Origin: an uncultured Chloroflexia bacterium
Lineage (GTDB): Bacteria > Chloroflexota > Dehalococcoidia > SM23-28-2 > RBG-16-64-32
Assembly: GCA_963717065.1 (NCBI GenBank)
Contig: CAVQVC010000001.1
Location: 2,385,001-2,449,000 of the forward strand
DNA: 64,000 nucleotides
Reading direction: 5' to 3'
The position numbers were made by a program, and so were the translations under genes. Position 1 is the stretch's first letter. Each line of letters begins with the position of its first letter. The notes under the pieces were generated by a model. It saw nothing but the letters and a program-made list of their open reading frames with translations. It searched no databases and was not told the origin of the DNA. Below are positions 8,586 to 16,929 of this stretch, piece by piece.

Positions 8586-9239
8586 ATGCGAAACGTCCTT
8601 CTCATCGGCGGCGAAGCCCTGAATCCGCATGCCCGCGCCCTCACCGGCGACGGATTCGAGGTCTCCGTGCGGGCGCCCGGCGATGACGGTGACGCTAAGG
8701 GCGACTTCGATGCGGTCGTGATAGAACTCGGCGTTGCCTCCGAAGACGCCGTCGCCAGGCGGTACCTCGAGGCCGCACAGGCTGGAGACGCCCCGCCTGT
8801 CATCGGCGTCTTCGCACCGGCGCAGCTTTCGGCATACGACCCGGTGCTTGACCTCGACGACTTCCTGCTCGCCAGCGCGCCACCGGAAGAGCTTTCCGCC
8901 CGCGTGCGCCAGGCAGTCTGGAAGCGACATCGCGTGGACACGAAGAACGTCCTGAAGTGCGGTGACCTGACGATGGACCTCGCCAACTACACCGTTCATA
9001 TCACCGGGCGACCCGTCGAGCTAACCTACAAGGAGTACGAGCTGCTGCGCTACCTCGCCCAGAACCAGGGCCGCGTCGTCACCCGCGAGACGCTCCTGAA
9101 CAAGGTCTGGGGATACGATTTCTACGGCGGCGCGCGCACCGTCGACGTCCACATCCGCCGCCTCCGCGCCAAGATCGAGGATCGCCACAATACCTTCGTG
9201 GAAACCGTGCGGAACGTGGGTTACCGCTTCCGGGTGTAG
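8586..9239 (+). CDS. OmpR/PhoB-family DNA-binding regulator with degenerate (pseudo-)receiver domain, GlnR-like by context
   Basis: C-terminal winged helix (LTYKEYELLRYLAQNQGRVVTRETLL...RTVDVHIRRLRAKIE...VRNVGYRF). The receiver lacks the acidic pocket (LLIGGE for DD), the phospho-Asp (AVVIELG) and the conserved Lys. Start at ATG 8586 within ORF 8493..9239. Confidence 0.75.
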   Translation: MRNVLLIGGEALNPHARALTGDGFEVSVRAPGDDGDAKGDFDAVVIELGVASEDAVARRYLEAAQAGDAPPVIGVFAPAQLSAYDPVLDLDDFLLASAPPEELSARVRQAVWKRHRVDTKNVLKCGDLTMDLANYTVHITGRPVELTYKEYELLRYLAQNQGRVVTRETLLNKVWGYDFYGGARTVDVHIRRLRAKIEDRHNTFVETVRNVGYRFRV

Positions 9240-9330
9240 GGTTACACTCGCGAACGCTTTCGCTGTCCGCATCGCTCCGGATCACGGTTCGACCTGCACT
9301 TCATCCCGCCCTGCGCGGTTCCTTCGCGGC

Positions 9331-9368
9331 GTAACGTCCGCTTAATTCCGGCGTAACACGCCCGTAAC
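9331..9368 (+). promoter_or_regulatory. four direct pentamers with 11-bp phasing (GTAAC-n6-TTAAT-n6-GTAAC-n6-GTAAC), GlnR-box-like operator upstream of amtB
   Basis: Read directly: gtaac gtccgc ttaat tccggc gtaac acgccc gtaac, ending 65 nt before the amtB ATG at 9434. Confidence 0.45.
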
Positions 9369-9433
9369 ATTCGGCCACGACCCCCGTGCTAGTGTTCACC
9401 CATAAATTCAACCGAAGGGGGTAACTGTCCACC

Positions 9434-10797
9434 ATGCAGGACGCCATACCTATCGATAGCGGGAACACCGCGTGGGTGCTGGCGGCCGCGGCGCTTGTCA
9501 TGTTCATGACGCCCGGCCTCGGCTTCTTCTACGCCGGCTTCACCCGCAGCAAGAACGTGCTCGGTACGATCTGCAAAGCTTTATCGTCGTCGGCGCTGGT
9601 CGGCATACAGTGGGTGGTCATCGGCTACACGCTGGCCTTCGGCGCCTGACGCAGGGCGGCATCATTGGCAACCTCGACTATCTTCGGGCTCAAGGACGTA
9701 GGCCTGGTGCCCGCCGATCCTTACACGACGGCAACAGGCGTGCCCCTCGAAGCGTTCATGATCTTCCAGGCGATGTTCGCCATCATCACGCCAGCGCTGA
9801 TCACCGGCGCCTTCGCTGAGCGCGCCAAGTTCAGCACATTCCTCGTCTTCATGCTCGCCTGGTCGTTCCTCGTTTACGACCCGGTCGCGCACTGGGTCTT
9901 CGGCCCCGGCTGGCCTGGGCATCCTCGATCCCGATGGGATCAACGCTCTCGACTTCGCCGGTGGCACGGCGATCCACGTGAACGCCGGATGTCGCGGCGC
10001 TTGCAGCGGCCTGGCTATACGGCCGGCGGCAAGGGATACGGCAAGGAGCCGATGGAGCCGCATAACGTCACGTACATCGTTCTCGGCGCGGCTATCCTGT
10101 GGTTCGGTTGGTTCGGCTTCAACGCCGGCAGCGCCGGCGCCGCCAACGGCCAGGCCGCCAACGCCTTCGTAGTCACCAACACCGCGGCGGCCGCGGCCGC
10201 CCTGTCCTGGCTGTTCTGCAGCTGGGTGCTCACCGGCAAGGCAAGCGTCATCGGCGCCGCCGCCGGCTGCTGTGGCCGGACTGGTCGCCATCACGCCGGC
10301 GTCCGGCTTTGTAGAGCCGATGCAGGCGATCGTTATCGGCGGCGTCGCAGGCGCCCTCTGCTACGGGGCCGTTCGCCTGCGCGGGCTCACCAAGCTCGAC
10401 GACTCCCTGGACGTCGTCGGCGTCCACGGTGTCGGTGGCATCTGGGGTGGCATCGCGACGGGCCTCTTCGCGACAGCGGCCGTCAGCGGCCTCACCGACT
10501 ACGAGGGCGCTTTCTACGGCAACCCCGAGCAGCTGCTCGACCAGGTAGCCGCTATCGCGCATTGTGGCAACGTACTCGTTCGTGATGACAACGGTCATCC
10601 TCAAGGTCCTCGACGTCACCATCGGCCTGCGCGTGAAGGAGGAAGAGGAAGAGATCGGCCTGGATGTCAGCCAGCACGGGGAGCGCGGCTACGACCTCGA
10701 AGAGGGCGGTGCCATCCCGGTCATGCAGTACGAATCCACGCCTCAGGCCGCGCCGTCCGCGCAGACGCAGACGCAACCCGGCGGCAGCGGCGCATAA
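9434..10797 (+). pseudogene. amtB: ammonium transporter, interrupted by at least 7 apparent 1-nt frameshifts
   Basis: Amt motifs are spread over three frames: TAWVLAAAALVMFMTPGLGFFYAG; FQAMFAIITPALITGAFAERAKF; DFAGGTAIHVNAG; ILWFGWFGFNAGS; LDVVGVHGVGGIWGGIATGLF. Confidence 0.85.
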
Positions 10798-10807
10798 GGA
10801 GACATAG

Positions 10808-11154
<347 letters not shown>

Positions 11155-11211
11155 TTTCAGCAAAACGCTGGTGCGTGGCGGGGGCGGCAATTGCGTCGCC
11201 CCTGCTGCGCC

Positions 11212-11265
11212 GTAATAAACCCTTAACGCGCGCCGCCTCGCCGAAGGCGCACGGGAACCTATAAT
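11212..11265 (+). promoter_or_regulatory. single GTAAT-n6-TTAAC site plus perfect TATAAT upstream of glnA
   Basis: GTAAT 11212..11216, TTAAC 11223..11227, TATAAT 11260..11265, AAGGAGGA RBS, then TTG start at 11297. Confidence 0.3.
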
Positions 11266-11296
11266 CGACAGGCTGACAAACAAGGAGGAAGTTCAT

Positions 11297-12734
11297 TTGG
11301 CAACCACGGACCAAACACCACAAAAGCGATTCGACGATCTCGTCAAGGCCAACAGCGCCCAGATCGTCGACCTTCGCTTCACAGACCTGCCCGGTCTCTG
11401 GCAACACTTCTCGACCACCCCTGCGTGAGATCTCGGGCGCCATCTGGACCGAAGGCATCGGGTTCGATGGCTCAAGCATCCGCGGCTTCCAGGAGATCCA
11501 GGAATCGGACATGATCCTGATCCCGGACATCGAGACCGCGCAGATCGACCCGTTTACCGAGGTGCCCACGCTGACCATGATCTGCGACGTGCAGGACCCG
11601 ATCACGAAGAGCGACTACTCCCGCGACCCGCGGTACGTCGCCCGGAAGGCCGAAGCCTACCTGAAGAAGACTGGCATCGCCGACACCGCTTACTTCGGCC
11701 CCGAGGCCGAGTTCTTCGTCTTCGACGACGTCCGTTTCGACGCAGAACCACCACGAGGGCTACTACCACGTCGACAGCATCGAAGGCGCCTGGAACTCCG
11801 GGCGCGACGAGCGGCCCGAACCTTGGCTACAAGCCCAGGCACAAGGAAGGCTACTTCCCGCTGCCCCCGCACGACACGCTGCAGGACATCCGCAGCGAGA
11901 TGGTCCTGACGATGGAGAGGGTCGGCATCAACGTGGAGGTCCACCACCACGAAGTGGCGACCGCCGGCCAGTGCGAGATCGACATGCGCTTCACAACGCT
12001 GACGAAGATGGCCGACAACCTGCTCTGGTACAAGTACATCGTCAAGAACGTCGCCCTCAAGCACGATAAGGTCGCGACGTTCATGCCGAAGCCACTCTTC
12101 GACGACAACGGCTCCGGCATGCACACTCACCAGTCGCTGTGGAACGGCGACAAGCCGCTCTTCTTCGACAAGAAGGGATACGCCCTCACGAGCGACATCT
12201 GCCGCTGGTACATCGGCGGCCTGCTGAAGCACGCGCGCGCGCTGATGGCCTCTGGCCGCGCCCACGACGAACTCCTACAAGCGGCTGGTGCCCGGCTTCG
12301 AGGCGCCCGTGAACCTCGTGTACTCGGCCCGCAATCGTTCCGCCGCCGCCCGCATCCCGGTGTTCAACGAGAACCCGAAGGCGAAGCGCATCGAGTTCCG
12401 CCCGCCGGACCCCACCTGCAACCCGTACCTCGCGTTCTCCGCGATGCTGATGGCCGGCCTGGACGGTATCGAGAATAAGATCGACCCGGGCGCGCCGCTG
12501 GAGAAGAACACCTACGACCTCTCGGCGCGTGAGCAGGCCCGCATCCGGACTGTCCCCGGCTCTCTCGATGAGGCCCTGAACGAACTACGAGCGAGACCAC
12601 GAGTACCTCCTCAAGGGCGGCGTCTTCACCCAGGACGTGATCGACATCTGGCTCGCCTACAAGCGTGAATCAGAGGTCGACCCCGTCCGCCTGCGCCCGC
12701 ACCCTGGGAGTTCCACCTCTACTTCGACGCCTGA
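11297..12734 (+). pseudogene. glnA: glutamine synthetase type I, at least 6 apparent frameshifts
   Basis: GS motifs in shifting frames: [14 protein letters not shown]; [23 protein letters not shown]; [16 protein letters not shown]; [21 protein letters not shown]; [30 protein letters not shown]; ends ...YFDA. Confidence 0.85.
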
Positions 12735-12744
12735 TTCTGAACTC

Positions 12745-12776
12745 GCTCAGGGGCGCAGCGCCATGCGCCCCTGAGC
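12745..12776 (+). terminator. 12-bp perfect GC-rich hairpin between the two glutamine synthetase genes (no U-tract)
   Basis: GCTCAGGGGCGC agcgccat GCGCCCCTGAGC, ending 10 nt before the ATG at 12787. Confidence 0.45.
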
Positions 12777-12786
12777 CGGGATCGCC

Positions 12787-14126
12787 ATGAACGACCGCTC
12801 CGAATCCATCGATTACGTCCTCCAGACGGCGCGTGAGCACGACGTCAAGTTCATCCGCCTCTGGTTCACCGACATCCTCGGCACCCTGAAGAGCGTCGCC
12901 ATCACCGTCGAGCGAGCTTGCCGGAGGCGCTCGAGGAGGGCGTCGGCTTCGACGGCTCCTCGATCGAGGGCTTCGCCCGCATCGACGAGTCGGACATGAT
13001 CGCCATGCCCGACCCCACGACCTTCGCCATCCTGCCCTGGCGCCCGCAGCGAGAACCGCGTCGCTCGCATCTTCTGCGACATCCAGCTCCCGGACGGCTC
13101 GCCGTTCGAGGGCGACTCCCGCTACGTGCTCCGCCGCAACCTCAAGCGCGCCGCAGACCTCGGCTACACGTTCTATGTCGGCCCTGAGCTGGAGTACTTC
13201 TACTTCGCGAACTCGGAGACTCCCACGGTCCTCGACACCGGCGGCTACTTCGACCTGACTCCCCTCGACGCCGCCACCGATCTCCGCCGCGAGACCGTGC
13301 TCACCCTCGAGGAGCTAGGCATCCCGGTTGAGGCATCCCACCACGAGGTCGCGCCCTCGCAGCACGAGATCGACCTCCGATACACCGACGCCCTCACGAT
13401 GGCCGACAACACGATGACCTACCGCCTCGCCGTCAAAGAGGTGGCGATCAAGAACGGCGTCTACGCCACCTTCATGCCCAAGCCGCTCGCCGACGAGAAC
13501 GGCTCCGGCATGCACGTCCACCAGTCGCTGTTCAAGGGCGAGCGCAACGCCTTCTTCGACGCGTCAGATCCTTACCAGCCTTTCGGCGCTGGCCCGGAGC
13601 TATATCGCCGGCCTGCTCCGCCATGCCCGCGAGATTACGCTGGTCACCAACCAGTGGGTGAACTCCTACAAGCGCCTCGTCCCCGGCTTCGAGGCACCCG
13701 TCTACCTCTCCTGGGCGCGCCGCAACCGCTCGGACCTCATTCGCGTGCCGGAATACAAGCCGGGCAAGGAGAACGCCACGCGCATCGAGTACCGCGCCGC
13801 CGACCCGGCCTGCAATCCATATCTCGCCTTCGCCGCGATGCTGGCCGCCGGTCTCGAGGGTATCGAGAAAGAGTACCCCTGCCCCGATCCGGTCGAGGAG
13901 AACGTCTTCGAGATGAGCGAGGCGGAGCGCAAGGAACGCGGCATCGAACACCTCCCCGGTAGCCTCTGGGAGGCCGATCGAGTGCGCGCAGGAGAGCGAC
14001 CTGCTACGCCGGTGTCTGGGCGAGCACCTCTACGAAAGCCTGCTCCTGAACAAGAAGATCGAGTGGTCGAACTTCCGCCGCCAGGTCACCGACTACGAGC
14101 TGAAGCGCTACCTGCCGATACTGTAG
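12787..14126 (+). pseudogene. glnA: second glutamine synthetase (about 445-aa class), at least 4 apparent frameshifts
   Basis: [17 protein letters not shown]; [23 protein letters not shown]; HHEVAPSQHEIDLRY; FMPKPLADENGSGMHVHQSLF; [30 protein letters not shown]; each run lies in a different frame. Confidence 0.85.
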
Positions 14127-14136
14127 GCGCTGCCCG

Positions 14137-15297
14137 CTAGCGTCGCTGCCGGCGCAGCACCAACAGCCCGCTCGCGAGCAGCCCAACGAGTCCCACCACT
14201 CCCACCAGCGAGACAAGTGACCTTTCTTGCGTTACGCCCCGCTCGGATTCCACTGCCTCACCATCATCCACCAGCCCCACGACACCACCGACAGCCGCGG
14301 GCGGTCCCGGGGGCGGGCACCCCTGTGGCGTGTCGGAACCGGATACCGTCGGACAAACGTCGCAAGCATCGCCAAAGCCGTCAGCATCAGCATTCTCCTG
14401 CCCCTCGTTTGGAACCGTAGGACAATTGTCCAGCGGATCCGCGATGAGATCTTCGTCCACATCTGATGGACAATCCTGGTTCACGGCCAACATTCCGTGC
14501 TGGAGTTGCGCCGGCACGACCGCGCCACCCCATACAGGGAATATGCGGACGTTCGATAGCTTCATGGGGTAAACGCCTGCGTGGATTTCGGCTCCCGGGC
14601 TCGTCACGTTCAGCCGGAACAGCGGCCCGTCGCCCCACTCATCGTCATATCCCAACCGAGGTTGAGCGACTGACTGTTGGAAGGCCCCGTCGTTATCTCC
14701 GTTGGCGTCGCCCGCGTTCGCTGGATAGCTCCCGCCAGCCTGCCCGACCAGCATATCGGCGTAGCTGGACTGGAAGCCCGCGATCACGCCGCCGGGGTGA
14801 GGATAAGTCAGCCTGGCTCCGTAGCCGTCCGATACCGAATTGGGCTCCTTGATGTTGTCCGCCACGACATCGACGCTAATCGAATCTACGCCTTCCTCGT
14901 CGGCATCGGTGATATTTCCCGTATCTGTGTTCATCCGTGCGCATTGCTGGATCGCGCCAATCAGGCCCACGGCCGGGCAACCATCGTCAGCTACGGTGTC
15001 GTCCGGAGCGTCGTCGTTCACTCCATCACCAGTGCCATCAGGTCCACACTGATCAAGCGAATCCCGCTCGTAGTCGCCTACGAACGAGGGGGTAGTTGGT
15101 CGCGTGAGGTTCGTTGGCGAAAATGGACCTGCCGGTGCGCCGTCTTCGGGATCCATGTCAACGGCCACCAAGTCGGGGCCGAACCCCGCTTGCGCGTCCA
15201 CGGAGTCAGGGAACTCGGACACACCAAGCGCCATGAGCGTTACTGAGCCTACTGCGGCGACAAATGCGGCACGAAACAGCAAGCCGCACCCCCTCAA
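14137..15297 (-). CDS. secreted, C-terminally membrane-anchored protein with thrombospondin-type-3-like Asp-rich repeats and a central cohesin-like segment
   Basis: N-terminal hydrophobic signal; DPLDNCPTVPNEGQENADADGFGDACDVCP; C-terminal LVGVVGLVGLLASGLLVLRRQRR. The central SISVDVVADNIKE...GYGARLTYPH...LFRLNVTSPGAEIHAGVYPMKLSNVRI has a beta-sandwich pattern. Confidence 0.55.
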   Translation of the reverse strand: MRGCGLLFRAAFVAAVGSVTLMALGVSEFPDSVDAQAGFGPDLVAVDMDPEDGAPAGPFSPTNLTRPTTPSFVGDYERDSLDQCGPDGTGDGVNDDAPDDTVADDGCPAVGLIGAIQQCARMNTDTGNITDADEEGVDSISVDVVADNIKEPNSVSDGYGARLTYPHPGGVIAGFQSSYADMLVGQAGGSYPANAGDANGDNDGAFQQSVAQPRLGYDDEWGDGPLFRLNVTSPGAEIHAGVYPMKLSNVRIFPVWGGAVVPAQLQHGMLAVNQDCPSDVDEDLIADPLDNCPTVPNEGQENADADGFGDACDVCPTVSGSDTPQGCPPPGPPAAVGGVVGLVDDGEAVESERGVTQERSLVSLVGVVGLVGLLASGLLVLRRQRR

Positions 15298-15348
15298 CCA
15301 GATGAACCGATTATAGCGAGGATGTGACCGCAGTCAAGCGAAAAGGAG

Positions 15349-16410
15349 TCAGCTACCGATCGCTGGGCATCCTTCCGGATAGGAGACCGGCAGCTCGACC
15401 GAGTACCTTAGCAGTCTGAGCGCGTCGATGGCGTTGATAAAGCCGTTGCAGTCCGTATCACCCTGCATCACGCAGGCCAGCGACGCCGTGTTGGTGAGCC
15501 CCGCCGAGTGGCGCAACGCCACCAGTGCATCGACGGAGTTGATCGCGGTACTGCAGTCCGCGTCGCCGTGCATCGGTGACGCCGGCGTCGTCAGCGTCAG
15601 GTGAACGTTGTCGAGAACGTGCTTGTCGGTCAGGCCACCGGTCGCGGCCGACCAGCCGAAGTACTTGCTGGCCGCGACGTAGCCGGAGATCGTGTAGTCC
15701 ATCACCTGCGTTCCGTCGAACTGCACAAGGACCCGCCCGCGGTCGAAATCGATTCGGACGTGGTGCGCCCCGCGCGTCACCGCGGGCACCGTGGCCAGGT
15801 GCGTGTTCGTGCAGCCCGCCACGACCCCGATGTGATCTTCCACCGGGTCAGTCCAGCCCTCGGTCGTGCTCTGGAACGTGTCGAACTCCACCCCGAACGC
15901 CCCCGCGCCCGGGCAGAAGTCAATTGTCCCGCCGTTTCCATACGGATAGTTCGGGTCCGGCACGATCCCGAAGACAACCCCGTCCGCCCCGGTGCCGCCC
16001 GATGCCTGGTAATCAAACTCGGCGCGGAACGCCTCTGCATTCACCGGGGGGTTGTAGAAAAGGCGCCCGCTGTTCATCATCTCGTTCGGCGTGAGAACAA
16101 AGTTCTGCGCAGCCGCGTCCCATGATGAGTTGGCGCCCAGGGTCCAATCGGCTGGGTTGAACGCGCAGAAGTCTTCGAAGAACACTTCCGTCTCGCCCGG
16201 CCCCGGCGGCGGCGGTACGATCGAGCAAGGCACATCGGCGGACGCCGAACCTCGGCTCCCCGCCAGGCCCGCGACGGCGGCCGTGGCTATCACGATGCCG
16301 ACGATTGCCGTCCTGCGGGACAGCAGTCGTATTGAGGATGCGAATCTGGTTCCCACGCGCGCACCTCCCCTTACCCACAACAACAGGTCGCGGGAGCCAA
16401 AATGCGGCAT
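15349..16410 (-). CDS. secreted L-type (legume-like) lectin domain protein with C-terminal dockerin
   Basis: GVEFDTFQS...DPVEDHIGVV lectin core. C-terminus has two dockerin Ca-loop/helix repeats, DADCSTAINSVDALVALRH and DTDCNGFINAIDALRLLRY. Confidence 0.7.
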   Translation of the reverse strand: MPHFGSRDLLLWVRGGARVGTRFASSIRLLSRRTAIVGIVIATAAVAGLAGSRGSASADVPCSIVPPPPGPGETEVFFEDFCAFNPADWTLGANSSWDAAAQNFVLTPNEMMNSGRLFYNPPVNAEAFRAEFDYQASGGTGADGVVFGIVPDPNYPYGNGGTIDFCPGAGAFGVEFDTFQSTTEGWTDPVEDHIGVVAGCTNTHLATVPAVTRGAHHVRIDFDRGRVLVQFDGTQVMDYTISGYVAASKYFGWSAATGGLTDKHVLDNVHLTLTTPASPMHGDADCSTAINSVDALVALRHSAGLTNTASLACVMQGDTDCNGFINAIDALRLLRYSVELPVSYPEGCPAIGS

Positions 16411-16443
16411 CCGAATGTTTACAAACGGTGAATACCCGCCGCC

Positions 16444-16929
16444 TTACGGCCAGGGGCACACCGGCCCGGGGCTCCCGAATGCTCTCGCGCCGCCCAGCAT
16501 CGGCGGCTTACCGGTGCTGCTGGCGGCGGCGATCATCGCCGTGAAGTCCTGGAGGTTGATCCAGTTTGGAGCACCGCCCGGCAGCAGGTCCCAGCGCGAG
16601 CTGAAATCGGGATGTCCCGGGCTGGTGCCGAACCTTCGAGGGCCACCGAGAAAGCTGGTCAGGTCTTGCAGGGTGATCTGGTTCATGCTGCCTGCTCCGG
16701 TGAACAGTTCCAGCGGCCAGCCGTTGCTTCCGCAGGGGTCCTGGTCGAGCGTGCCGATCTTGAACTGAGCTTCGGAGAACGTACCCACCTGGGCGGGACC
16801 GCCCGGGCAGCCGTCGTCGAGCACGCCGTCATCGCTCATCGGCGAGACGCCGTCGTCATTCTTTCCGTTGCCGCAAAGTGGAGTGCCGGTCTCGGCCGCG
16901 CCCGTGAAGCCGTCACCGTCGCAATCGTA
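16444..16929 (-). repeat. copy 1 of duplicated 486-nt 3' coding module (pairs with 19564..20049)
   Basis: By-eye alignment gives roughly 90% nucleotide identity over the last 161 codons plus stop. The rest of the two genes is unrelated. Confidence 0.85.
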
